DNA of 64,000 nucleotides from Candidatus Woesearchaeota archaeon (lineage in GTDB: Archaea; Nanobdellota; Nanobdellia; UBA10117; JABICX01): the NCBI GenBank assembly GCA_018652045.1, contig JABICX010000001.1, positions 5,107 to 69,106 of the forward strand, read 5' to 3'. The position numbers and the translations under genes were made by a program. Shown here piece after piece: positions 21,501-36,500 of the stretch. Each line of letters opens with the position of its first letter. Within the stretch, counting starts at the first letter, position 1. The notes under the pieces were generated by a model, which ran no database searches, had not been told where the DNA came from, and saw only the letters and a list, made by a program, of their open reading frames with translations.

Positions 21501-24500
21501 ACGGTAGGTAGAATTGGTGGAGCGTATGCTTTTGACGGATCTGGCGATTACATCAATCTAGGCGCAACAAACGCACTTATTGGTAATAATAACCAAAATA
21601 TAACTGTCTCATTATGGGTGAATACAACAGACACTGTTGCAAAATATGCATTTTCTTTAAAGCGTCAAAGTGGTGCGAATAGTACTCTTTTGAGTGTATG
21701 TAGTAATTATGGTAGTGTTGGAACGCTAGGGTTCCTGACGCGAGAATATGATGATTCTGGACATGATTATATGACTTATGATGGGGATTATAATGACGGC
21801 AGCTGGCACCATGTTGTTGCAATAGTAGATGGACTAAATCGATACTTGTATATTGATAATGTATTGAGAGGTAGCGATGCCTTAGGTATGCAAGATGTAA
21901 CGAGTAATACTGATGAAGCAACAATCGGTGGTTTTGGCGCATCTACCACCAGTCTTGATTTTACAGGACACCTTGATGATGTAAAAGTATTCAACCGATC
22001 ACTGACTCCTGAGCAGATTGATCAGATCTACAACGCAGGACTGGCAGGACATTCAGTCCAGAATATGTCCTTTAACGAGACTGTAGTCAATGATACTTGG
22101 ACAGTTGCAGTCACACCAAACGACTTGGAATCGGATGGAACTACCACAACATCAAACAGCGTAACAATCATAAACAATGCACCAAGCATATCAACTGTCG
22201 ACCTTACGCCAGATAGCCCAACAACCGATGACCATCTGACATGTACAGTAACGGGTGGAGCTGATGTGGATGGAGATTCTTTGACATATACATATGACTG
22301 GTATGAAGACCAAGTCTTTAATCAATCTTATGTACAATCTGGAGCATCATATGTTCTAAATCGAAGCAACATATCTGCTGGAGAGGTCTGGAACTGTACT
22401 GTAACGCCTTGGGATGGCATTGAGAACGGAACGGCTATAACTGATTCAGTTACAGTAGCGCAAGGGTGTATAGTTGACTCAGTTACAGGTAATATTACAC
22501 TGACTTCCAATCTAGCTTGTTCAACTTTAGATATATATGCAGGTTATGTCTTAGACACAAGCACATACACACTTACTGCAACTGGTGCAACAGAGATCAA
22601 CGGAACAATAGACGCATCATCTAGCACTGCAGTATCTTTTGCAGCAGTAACTATACAATCTGGAGGAACTTATACTGCCACATCTGCAACAACAACAGTA
22701 ACGGGTGATGCTGCTAACTCCGGAACATTTACGCACAACAACGGACTTCTGTATAGAACAGATCCATCGGGAGAGTGGAATGGATTTACGGGAACTAACG
22801 CTTTCTATAACTTTCAGAACGAAGGTGGATATACTATGGATGGAAATGTTATGCAAATTATTAACCAACTTAGTGGCTCAGAAACATTTAATGTGTATTA
22901 CAACGGCAAGTTAATTTTAGGAAATGAGTCTCAATCTGGAACGGTAGATATGACTGCAGACACCGACCTCACAACTAACCTAAAGTATAGTAATACTATA
23001 ATGGCTGCAAGTGAGCTATACCCCGCAATCATAAAAAACGCGTATGTTAATACTTTAAGTGGTTCTGGAACCCTAACTTTAAACAATACAGACTGGCAGT
23101 TAGCATTCACAACAGGTGGATATGGAACGGGAACAGTTAAACTTGATGGTGACGCGAAGTTTGACGCATTTACAATAACTGCGGGAGATACATTGGACTT
23201 GAATGGGCAGAGAGTCGAGTTTGATGGAGCAATCACAAATTCAGGAAGCATAGATTTAGACGGCGCTTTAGTTTATGTTAATTCAGGTAATCCAAACTGG
23301 GATGGCGCAAGCGGTGTTACGGGACAGAGCACATCAGATATTGTGTTCACAGGAACCTTTTCAGCAATGCCTGACGACAGCCACAGAACGATATTTGTAA
23401 ATACTGCTGGAACAGTTACGCTAAATACAGACTACTTCTTTAATTATGGACAGGTGATTGTCGGAGCAGGAGAGCTAGATACTGGCTCAGACAGAAAGAT
23501 TGGTTCAGTATCAAGCCCAGTTGATAATCTAACAATCGCGACCGGCGGAACCTTAGACGCACATGCTTCTAATATCGTTGTAGATCAAAACTGGAAAGCT
23601 ACAGGTGGATTAATTGGAAAATCTGCTTTAGATCTGGATGGTAGTAGTGAAGGGGTTAATGTAACTGATGATGAGAGTCTAGATATTACTACAGCAATTA
23701 CTGTTGAAGCATGGATAAAGACAGATGATGTAGAAAACAATAACGGAATGATTGTCTGTAATCAGAATCAACCAATTGCTAACGCAGGTTATTTTATATA
23801 TGCAAGAGGCGTTGACGATACCTTTAATTTTGCTGCATATACTTCAAGCGAAGTAGGTGACGCTAAGTATACTGTAGATTCAAGTGTTAATAGTCGGTGG
23901 GTGCATTTAGTTGGAACATACGATGGTTCTAATATACGTTTATATATGGATGGGAAGCTAGTTAATGAAACTGCTCTGACAGGCACAATTAATATATCTT
24001 CAAGTAACCTCGGTATTGGATATCGGGATGAAGGTAGTAGTCTAAACTTTGATGGAGCTATTGGAAAAGTTTCTATCTGGAATGGTACATTAACGCAATC
24101 AGAGATCCGTTCTAACATGTTTGCAGATTGTGCTGGAAATTCTAATCAATCTACATTAGTTAGTTGTTACCAATTTGACGAAGGAACTGGAACATCTGTA
24201 GCTGATTCAATTGGAAGTAATACTGGAACCGCAAGTGGAAGTGGAGTTTGGGCAGGAACACCAACATTTAGCTATGATACATCAACTGTAAACCTGACTG
24301 GAACTGGATCACTAATGGTTGCAGACTCGCCAAGCGCCAGAGATTTCTATAATCTAGAAGTTGCACAGTCAGGTAAGACAACAACAATCTCTCCAATTGG
24401 ATCTGGTGTTAATCATGATATATATGGAAAGTTCACAGCCGGAGCAGGAACGCTATCTGTTTCAAACAATGGTAGGTTAGTTATTGGTGGAAGTGATGCA

Positions 24501-27500
24501 CCGGTAGATGAAGGAGCTACGTTCAGCGCATTCCAATATGTTACATATAACACTGGAACTGCTAACATTACTGGCTCAACTTACGCAGGTCTGTATTCAT
24601 ATACAGAAAATAGATACTTACTTGGTAATGTGTCTGTAGCAGGCGCAACCGGTGCAATGACTGCTGGCAAAGCAATACTCTCAAATGGATATAACATAAC
24701 AACTGAAGATATTACTGCTACTGGAGAGCTTAACCTGTCTGCAGGATCAGTTTTGATATTTGAGGACACAGCCGGAGCAGCAGTATCTGGATCTGGTGGA
24801 GTTTACGCAGAAGGTGCAGCTGGAAACTTAGTTGGAGTACATTCAGCAGGAACAGAACACTGGGACTTCAACGAAACAGCATTTAATACTACTTGGAACT
24901 ACGCCAACGTCAGCTATGGAAACAACACCGGAACCGCTACGATTATTGTATACAATGGAAATGACTATGGCAATAACATGCCTGCTGGCATGTGGGTTTT
25001 CTCAACAGCGACGCCTGATAACTGTCTATTTGGTGGGGATGCAACCCTAACTGCGAACCTAACCTGTGGTAATCTCGGAATCTCTGCAGGCGCAGTTGTT
25101 ACAGATGCATATAGCATCAACGCAACTGGAGACGCAGAGATCAACGGAACCCTCAACGCATCAACAGGCGGTCCTCAATGGTTTGGAAGTATGATCATTA
25201 ATAGCGGCGGTACATATGAGGCCACAGCAGGAACTACGGAAATAAATAGCGAAACTGGATCTGGAATCGCATTCAGGGTTAACTCAGGTGGAACCTTTAC
25301 GCACAGTAATGGATTAGTCAACTTTACTGGACCCGAAACCTGGTTCTACCTCATATCAGGGTCATCAGGTAATTTCTATGACTTAGAGGTTGCTTCTGGA
25401 AATAAACTTTCTTGTGGAAGTAACATGATTATGAGTAACGACTTCATCATATCTTCTGGCGAGTATGAATGTGCAGCAATAACTACTGTAACTGGAGACA
25501 CAAATATTACTGGAACCGTAGATATTAATAGTGGCTATGCTTTCACAACAGGTTCACTTACAATTAATTCAGGCGGAACCTACCAAGCAACCTCTGGAAC
25601 AACAACAATCACTAGTGAGAGTTCTGCAGGTTACTCAATATACTCAAAAACAGGTAGCACCTTCACATCAAATAGTGGATTAGTAAACGTAACATATAAT
25701 GGCGTCTCTAACATTGGAATCGGTGATAATGCTACAAAGTTACATGACTTGCATATTCAGAGTAGCACTAAGTACTTTAATGGACAGTCAAACTCACATG
25801 TAAAGTTGTCAGGGGATTTAATTGTATATGGTGGAACTGTCCGGAGTGGATCTTCATCTGGAGAGATTTTAGTTAGTGGTGATGTTAATGTTACTGGTGG
25901 AACACTTGGATGGAGTGGAGCATCTGGTGCCAACACATTTGGTTCACTAACAATCAACTCCGGAGCAACATATTATGCTACTAGCGGAACAACAGAGATA
26001 ACCAGTGAGAATACGGGTGGGTATGCATATGACAACGATGGAACTTTCACAAACAACTCTGGAACTGTAAGATTCTCAACAGCTGCACCAACACTAATAG
26101 ACACTTCAGGAACAGTAGGAAGCTTCTACGATCTGATTTTGAATCACGCCAGTCTCGATCTGATACAAGACACAGCACTGGTTGTTGGAAACGACCTAAC
26201 AGTCACAGCAGGAAACATGAACACATCAGATAACAACTATGCCCTAACTGTAACAGGCGACGCAGATGTTACTGGAACTCTTACTGGCCAAGCTTCTGCA
26301 GTCTCACTTGGTTCACTAACAATCAACTCTGGCGGAACATATGATGCAACTTCCGGCGTAACAACAATTACTAGTGAAGCTGGAAGTGGATATGATTTAG
26401 ATTTAAATAGTGGAAGTACTTTTACACATAATGATGGTACTATAAATATAACCTATACTACGGGATATGCTTCATTAGACCTTAGTTCTACAGGAGACTT
26501 TTATAATTTAGTGTTTGCTATTGGTGCCCAACGTAATTCTATTATAACGTATGCTGGAGGAACAATGACTGTAGCGAATGATTTAACAATAGAAAGTGGG
26601 ATATTTGACATAAATAATAGAGCATTTGATGTTACGAGAGACGTTTCAGTTACCGGAACATTAGATAGCGATTACTTATCAACAGGAACTCAGGATATAA
26701 GTTATGGTTCGCTTACAATCAACTCAGGTGGAGTACATAGGGCTACAAGCGGAACAACAACAATCAACAGCAGCTTCTCACGAGTAGGAACACTCACTCA
26801 CAATTCAGGAACAATCGCATTCAACAACGATACAGTTGCACAGATCACTGGAGATACAACATTCTACAACCTTAACACCAACGCAGCAGTCTTCAACAGC
26901 TCAGACGACAACATCACAATCGCTAGTGGTGGAACTCTGACACAGGGCGGAAACATTACTGCAAACATACTAGATATTCGAGGAACAATGGCTATTGGCG
27001 CTGGAGAAGAGATCACTTTTGAAGATACAGTGGGATCGGGATTCGCAGGAACTGGAACCTTAACAATCGCAGGTTCTTCTGGCGACCTAGTAAACATAAC
27101 CTCTGCAGGAACAACAGCATGGCGGATGCCACACCCAACATTAAACTCAACTTGGAATTACGCAGCGGTTAGTTATGGAAACAACACCGGTGCAGATACT
27201 ATTGTTGTCTATGATGGAACTGATGAAGGAAGCAATGGCCCATTGGGAATGTGGGTATTTGATAGTAATGCTTGTATCTTTGCTGGTAATGTCACGCTGA
27301 CCGCCAATCTAACCTGTTCTAGCTTCCAGATAGAATCTGGTGCCGAAGTAAGTACTGATACGTATAGTGTTAATGCAACGGGTGCAGCATATCTAAATGG
27401 AACTCTGAATGCTTCACAAGCCGGAGACCAATGGTTTGGCTCAATGAGGGTGAACAGTGGTGGAGTATACTCAGCAACCAGCGGAACAACAACAATAACT

Positions 27501-30500
27501 TCAGAAGACGCATCATACGCATTATATTGCGCAGGAGTATTTACCCACAACAATGGAAACGTAACATATGCATCTACCATCCCAGATACCTGGATCTGGC
27601 CACAATGTTCATCTGGCACGTTCAACAATATTGTTTTCTCAACTGCTGATGATATAGTGTATTGGGCAAGTGGCGAAACTATATCAGGTAATGTAACTGT
27701 AAATGACGGTAATATTGCGATTGGCGCAGATCCAGTAGGATTAATTATTACTGGAGATGTTGTTATCAACGGCGGAGTACTAAACAACCTTGGTGGAACA
27801 AATACAGGCGATTGGTCATTTGGTTCACTAAAAATCAACACAGGTGGAGAGTATAACGCAACAAGTGGAACAACAACAATAACCAAGCGAACCGTCGGTG
27901 GGTATAACTTTCAGGTCAATGGTGGAACCTTTACCCACAACAGCGGAACAGTTAACATTTCTGCAGGAGATTATTTCACCGTCACACCGTCTACGTTCTA
28001 TAATCTGGGGATATTAGCTAATACTGACTGGGCAGGTAATGTGGCCGTTGCGAATGACTTAACAGTATCTGCCACTTCTTTAGGAACATATGGTGGATCT
28101 GGCGATTTAACTGTAACAGGAGACGTAACTGTTGCCAATAGTGGAACGCTTGATGGTGGTGCTGAAGCATTATCTTTTGGATCCTTAACAATCAACTCAG
28201 GCGGAACATATGAAGCTACAAGCGGAACAACATTATTGCATGGTGAAGGAAAAGCTAGCGAAACAGTAATCTGGGCGCTTAACTCGGGTGGAACATTCAA
28301 TCATAATCAAGGTACTGTGGAGTTCTCACATAAGACACAGTACTCTCGAGCACTGATGGGTACACTAGAACCAACCTTCTATAATCTTAGAATGTCTGGA
28401 AACGACTATGGTTGGTCTATATTAATGGTTCGAAAAGACATAACTGTAATCAATGAATTATCTGGTGACGTTCAAAATAATCTCTTTACAATGTATGGGA
28501 ATGACTTAGTATTTACTCTAGGAAACGCGTCACAGGCAGCTAACGTATCTACCTTGACATTAAATGGACAGACCTACAATAATGGATACTGGTATGGTGC
28601 AAGTGCGGATTATCCTGCAGTATTTACGAATAATAACTTAAGGTTCATACAAGGTAATAGCGCAAATACGCAATATGCACAGACGTATATTAAATGGTTA
28701 GACTTCCAAGAGACAGTGACCTCGTCTAATACAGACAATGGTATAGTTACTCTGACTGGACCGGTTACTTTTGATGCATATACTCTAGCTTCAGGAGACA
28801 CCTTCGAACTGAATGGCCAAGAAGCAACCATTAGCGGAAACCTAGCTAGCTCTGGAACTTTCACCGGAGCAGAAGGAAACCTATCATTATCTGGAACAGG
28901 CCAGACAATGAGTGGTGTAATTGATAATATAACTCAGATAAATGTTAGCTCAACAGTAGATTTAACTGTCCAATCAGGGACCAATGTCAGCTTTGCTGAC
29001 ATAGTAGGTGCAGGATTCGCAGGAACTGGAAACCTAACCATATCAGGATCAGATGGCAATTTAGCCCGAATAACATCTGGAGGAACTACCAACTGGGTGG
29101 TTCCTCACCCTACCCTTAACACCTCTTGGAACTACGTAAATGTATCTTACGGAAACAACACAGGAACAGACGTAATCATAGTCAACAATGGAACAGACTA
29201 TGGTAACAACGTACCTGTAGGAATGTGGGTATTCAACTCACCAACTTCACCAGCTAACTGTACATTCGCAGCCACCACAACTCTTACAGCGAATCTAACC
29301 TGTAATAACCTCTATGTTGAATCAGGAGTCACCTTAAGCACAGACACATACAGCATCAACGCTACTGGCGATGCTAGTTTCAACGGAACTGTTAATGCAT
29401 CAGCTGGCGGAGACCAATGGTTTGGAAAGACCAATATAAATGATGGTGGTGGAATGTATCACGCAACATCTGCATTCACATCAATCAACGGGTATTTTAC
29501 AATTGATGGAGACTTCCTTCACAACGACGGAACAATGCTATTTACATCAAGTATGATGTATATATATCCAAATAGCTCAACATTCTATAACATTACGCAG
29601 ACAAATACTGTCTATGTTGGAGAGCCACTAACGGTTATCCATATGTATAATCAGTCCTCTGGGCAGCTAAGACTTACAAATGGAATGGGTACACTTACGT
29701 TAGGTAATGACACACAGGCTGGAACACTGTTTGGTGCTTCTGGCGCTAGTACTATACAACCATATTCTACAACAATTCAGGCAGCAAACCAGCTTTATCC
29801 TGGCGTAATTACTGATAACGGAAACTTATGGTGGGGTCAGGCTGGAACAAAGACATTCAAATGGCTTAATTTTACAAGCGCATTACAAGTAGATGATGGT
29901 GGAGGTATTGGTATACAACTGACTGGCGACTGTTCCTTTGCAGCAGTTTCAATTAGTTCAGGAGAGACCTTTGACCTGAATGGACAGCGAGTTGAGTTTG
30001 GTGGAGAGCTTGATATTCTTAGTGGTGGAGACCTTGGTCAAGCTGGCGCCCAGATTGTTATGACTGGAGCTGCTCGACCAGACTATGATGGAACCATAAC
30101 TGGAAAAGCAGATATTATCTATGACAGTACCGCCAGCCCAGACATTGATGGCGGCGGAACATATTCATTTGGAACAATCTTTACTCGTGAAACCTCTACC
30201 TTAGCAATATACCCTGGCACAACCATAGATCAGTTTATAGTTGGATCTGGAACATTTAGCACCAATGACCTACAACTTGACGCTTCTAATCTAACTATTG
30301 CAAATGGCGGAACGCTATCTGGAGGCGCTTCAGCAATCAATGTAGCTGAGAACTGGAAATCATCTAGTGGACCAATTGGAAGATATGCTCTAGATCTAGA
30401 TGGAAGTACGGAGTATGTTAATACTGCACAGGATATAGATATGTTCTACTTCATGGACGAAGAAAATCGAACACAAGAAGCATGGTTCAAAGTTAATTCT

Positions 30501-33500
30501 ACCGGACAACACGTTGTAATGGCGTATCAACCCGTTGACGCTAATTTTGGCGGAGTTCCTCGAGGTGGTTTATATGCCAACTCCAATTACTTATACTTAG
30601 AATGGTATGGAACTGAAGATGGCGATTCGCTAGCGTATCATTCTATTTCAACACCAATAGAAATAGATCAGTGGTATCATGCAGTATCTGTACATGAGGA
30701 TAGCAAATATTATTTCTATCTTGACGGAAAGCTTGTAAACATTTCAGGAACAACAACACATGGAAATTATGCAGACGCGAATACTGATATTGTATATATT
30801 GGAGTAACTAGTGATGGTAATGCTAAGTTCTTTGACGGACATATTGGTAGAGTTTCTATCTGGAACGTATCTCTACAAGCAGACGATATTAGAGCAAGTA
30901 TGTTTCAACCATGTACAACCTTAAGTAACCAATCTGAACTGGTCTCTTGCTGGCAATTTGATGAAGGAACAGGAACAACTGTAGCTGACTCAATCGGCTC
31001 TAACACAGGAACCGCAAGTGCATCAACAGTCTGGGCAGCAGGAGGAACCTTCACTGAAGGAACCTCTACAGTTAACATGACTGGAACAGGGTCAGTTATA
31101 GTTGATGATGATCAAGACTTCTACAACATTGAGGTTGCTAACTCTGGCCAGACAACAACAATCACCTGTCCAGAAAATGGTTATGGTGAAGCTGACGTAT
31201 ATGGAAAACTGTCCAGTGGAGCTGGAACTCTAAGTAAGGTTAGCATGGCTTCATGGGAGATTCTCGGATCAGACGCACCAACAGATGGAACCTCTGCAAA
31301 CAACATATTTGAGACATCTAGAATCATATACAACGGAGCAGCTAATGTTACAGGTTCAGGATATTACTATCTGATTGTAAATTCTGCAGATGCATATCTA
31401 CTTGGAAATGTTACTGTTACAGCTGGAGATGATTACACCGGCATCGGAGCTGGAGACTCTCTAAGTAGCAATGGATACAATATGTCCGTAGATAGATTGC
31501 GAATTAATGGAAATCTTAACTTAACAGCAGGTTCTGTTCTAACGTTCGATGATGCAACAGGTTTTGAAACCAGTGACGGTACATTTAATGTAGTTGGCGC
31601 AAGCGGAAACCTCGCTACAATCGAATCTGCTTCAGCAACCGCTTGGGAATTTAATGCAACCGCTGTGACTAGCACATGGAACTACGCCAACGTCAGCTAT
31701 GGAAACAACACAGGAACAGACGTAATCTTCGTCAACAATGGAACAGACTATGGTAACAACGTACCTGTAGGAATGTGGGTATTCAACTCACCAACTTCAC
31801 CAGCTAACTGTACATTCGCAGCCAACACGACACTTACTGCTAACCTAACCTGTAACAACCTAGGTGTTGAAACGGGGGTGGCATTAGTTACTTCTACATA
31901 TAGTGTGAATACTACTGGATGGGCAGAGCTTAACGGAACGCTTAACGCAACTTCAGGAACTGGCCAACAATTTAATTCGATGACTATTCGAGCAGCAGGC
32001 GCATACGAAGCACCTAGTTCCGCAGTTACTAACATAACCACAACAACTAACATCTACGGAGACTTCCTACTTGAGAGCGGAAACTTGAGCACAGGATCCG
32101 CACTAACTACGGCATACGCAATAACACTTTACAGTGGCGGCCGCTTTGATGGTAGTACGGGTTATCATGAAACTGGATCTATCTCATGTCCAAGTGGATC
32201 AACGTGTGATCTGACATCTGGAACAACCAACTTTGTAACTCGACGAGGAAGCTACAACTCATACTTCATCTATTGCGCAGATGATGATTCATCAATAAAC
32301 CACAACAATGGTACAGTTAACATAACTTTGGGCACAACAAGTTATATGTTATACAATACAGACGAACTAACTTTGTACAATGTTGAGACTGATGGTGGTC
32401 TTTATGATGGAACAGGTAGTGGGTATAAGTTAAATGTCGAAGGTAATCTTACTCTCGGAAGCTCATATACTTTCTACAACAATGGTATAATCAATGTAAC
32501 TGGAGATGTTATACAGAACGCAGGAACATTCGGAAAGTCGGGTGTTAGAACGTTTAATCAAGATGTATATTTCGGATCGCTTACTATAAATAGTGGAACA
32601 TACTCAGCAACCAGCGGAACAACAACAATCACAAGTAAAAATTCTGGAAGTGGCTGGACAATAGATAATGACGGAACTTTCACAGCTAATTCAGGAACAG
32701 TTAATATAACCTATGGATCGGCAGCTTGTGAGTTTGATATTCTTGGAACTGGAGCACTTTACAATCTAGAACTAAATTGTGGCGGAAATATTGCTAAATC
32801 ATATGGTGCAACAACAACAATTGATAATGATTTAACTATAAATAACGCTTTATTTAGAACAGATAATAATCGAGCAGTAACTGTAACTGGTGATGTTGTA
32901 GTTAACAATGGCGGAACCTTAGGAAACGCAGAAACAGCAGCATGGTCTTTAGGATCCTTAACAATTAACTCTGGCGGAACATACTCAGCAACAAGCGGAG
33001 CAACAACAATCACCAACTACTTCTCAAATGCCGGAACATACACACATAACTCTGGAGACATAGTATTCAGTAACGATACTCTAGCACAGTTCACTGGAGA
33101 CGCAACATTCTACAATCTTACAACCAACGCAGCCGTCTTCAACTCATCAGACGACAACATCACAATAGCAACCGGAGGAACTCTAACTCAGCAAGGAAAC
33201 ATCACAGCAAACATCTTAGACATTCGTGGAGAGATGAGTATTGGTGCTGGAGAGAAAGTCACCTTTGATGATACAACTGGATCGGGATTCTCCGGAACTG
33301 GAAACCTAACCATCGCAGGTTCAGACGGCAACCTGGCAAATATCACCAACGCAGGAACTACAGAATGGACAATGCCACACCCAACTCTAAATTCAACTTG
33401 GGATTATGTAGCAGTCTCATATGGAAACAACACCGGAACCGAAGCAATTATAGTTTACGAGGGAGCAGACGAGGGCAACAACGTAGATGATGGAGAGTGG

Positions 33501-36500
33501 ATATTCTCCTTTGCAGCAGCACCAGCTAACTGTTCATTTGCAGCTAACACAACCCTAACAGCTAACCTAACCTGTTCAAAGCTAGATGTTCTAGCTGCAG
33601 CAACAGTCGTTACAGACACATACTCAATCAATGCTACTAGCGATGCAGAAGTAAATGGAACCCTGAATGCTAGCCAGGGTGGAGATCAGTGGTTTGGTAG
33701 TTTGGATATTAACTCTGGTGGAACTTATTACGCAACTAACGGAACAACAACCATCACAAGCGAAGAGGGTTCACATTACGCATTTTATAATAATGGTGGA
33801 ACACTCACTCACAATTCAGGAATTTTCAACTTCACACAAACTGCTTCTGAAGGAGCTTATTCACAGATATATGATAATGGTGCAGGAGATCTAAATAATT
33901 TAGTAGTTGGAACAACTGGATCAAATCAATTAAGGCAGATTGGAGCATTAACTATAGAAGGTAATCTTACATCTGAAGCTAGCTCAGAGTATGCTTTCGG
34001 CGGATCATCTACACGTCATTTAACTGTAAATCAGAATGTAGTAATTGATGGAGATGTAAATGGTGGAAGTAATGGTGCATCAGGAACATTTGGTTCTCTA
34101 ACAATCAACTCTGGCGGAACATATTCAGCAACGAGTGGAACAACATCTATTGATGGTGATTTAGATAATAATGCTGGATCTAGTGGTTATGTACATAATG
34201 ATGGAACACTTTCATTTGTAAATGGTGGTGGATATTTATATGGTGGAGAAGGAGTCTTCAATGATATTACATATAGTGGTGGAGTAAATTACGTTGACTT
34301 TAGTGAGAATCTAACTATTATAAATTCAACAAATCTATATGCTCGTTTTGGAAGAGATACTGAACAAATCATAACTCTTGGAAATTCAACACAAAGTGCA
34401 ACAATTGGTGGTGCAGGATACAGTGCAATGTTCGGAACATATGATGCTACATTCCAAGCAAATAGTTCTGCCTACCCAACAGATTGGTCACAAACATTCT
34501 ACTTTGGAACTGGAGAAATAATTAGTTTGAAATGGATAAACTTCACACAAGATATAGCTACCGGCGGAGACGGCGAGAATATATCTATTACAGGAGACAG
34601 CTGGTTCCAGAATCTGAGCGTAACTGGAAATGATGTCTTGAATATTACAGATTCATCTACACTGTACACAGATGTTCTGGACTTAAATGGAACACTTACT
34701 TCTGGCTCAGGAAATATCACAAACAATAACAATGCTCAATGGCTAGCTCACTTCGATTTAGCAGATAATTACACTTGGGACTCAACTAATATTTCAGAAG
34801 GTAACAACACTGGAGCTGTAGTCATCAACGCACAGAGCGCTACAGACGGAGGCAACAATGTACCAGATGGAATGTGGCTATTTGGCGGAGCAGGAGTTTC
34901 ATGTCTCTTCTCCGGAAACACTACTCTAACTGCTAACTTAAGCTGTTCAACTCTCGGTGTTGAATCTGCAGCTACTGTAGCAACCTCAACATATTCAATT
35001 AATGCTACTAGTGATGCAGAAGTAAATGGAACTCTAAATGCTTCTGCAGGTGGATCACAATGGTTTGGCTCAATGACTCTTCAGTCAGGTGGAACTTATG
35101 AAGCTAATATTGGAAATACAACAATAAATAATGCACCAAATGGGGATTATGCATTTTATGGTTATTCAGGATCAACTCTTACACACAACGATGGAACTTT
35201 TGTGTTTTCTTCAGGTGAAAATTCTTTCGTAAGAACTGAAGGTAATGGTGTATTTTATAATATTATCGTAGACAAATCGGGGTATAAACTAAATACTCCA
35301 CATGTTGGCGATTTAACTGTTGAAAGTAATTTAACAGTAACTGCTGGAGAAATAGATAGAGTTACTGCAGATAAGATCATAAATGTAACGGGGGACGTTG
35401 ATATTACTGGAACAATTGATTTAAGTGGAGAAAGTGGAGGCGCTTATTTTGGTTCTCTAACAATCCAATCTGGCGGAACATATGATGCTACAAGCGGAAC
35501 AACAACTATCACAAGCGAAAATACTGGAAGTGGATTTGCGTTTAATGATCTTGGGACATTTACACATAATAATGGTATATTGAATATTACAACAAGTGCT
35601 TTTACTGAATTTAGGGGAACGGCTTATGATCTAATAGTTAGCACAGGCAGTTTTCTAGTATATAGAAGCATTACTATCGCAGATAATAATGTGACTATTG
35701 ATTCAGGAACGTTAAGGAGTAATAATTATGGAAATGATTTAACAGTTACAGGAGATGTTTTAATACGTGGCGGAACTTTAGGACTTTCAATTCCAGAAAG
35801 TGGAGATTGGTCATTTGGCTCATTAACAATCAATTCAGGCGGAACCTTTGAAGCTACAAACGGAACAACAACCATCACAAATGAATCTGCTGGAGGATAT
35901 GCAATAAACCATGACGGAACACTAAACAACAACACGGGAATCTTTAATATAACAACAGTTGATGCAACGCTATTAGATTTAACTGGAACTGGAAATCTTA
36001 ATGATCTTGTAATGAACACAAGTAGTATAGCAAGTATTGTTGATACAACTACTATTGATGGCAATCTAAATATATCTTCTGGAACTTTCCAATCAAATAA
36101 TGATAATCGAGCTCTAACTATAACTGGTGATGTTATAATTAATGGAGGTCAATTAGATTCAGGTTCAGAAGCAGGAGCAAGATCATTTGGCTCACTTACA
36201 ATCAACTCTGGAGGAACCTATGATGCAACCTCGGGAACAACAACAATCTCAGGAGACTTTGATAATGATGGAACCTTTACCCACAATGATGGAATTTTGG
36301 AGTTCAGCAACTTTACTGGAAATGATCAGAGACTAGGTGGTGGAACATTCTACGATATTGTTGTAAGTGGAAGTGGAAGCTCATGGGTAGAATTATATGC
36401 AGAAACTTCAGCTACAATCCTAAACTCATTGAATCACACAAGTGGAGAAGACTTATACTTACGAAATACATTTACTTTTGGAAACACCACACAAGCAGCA

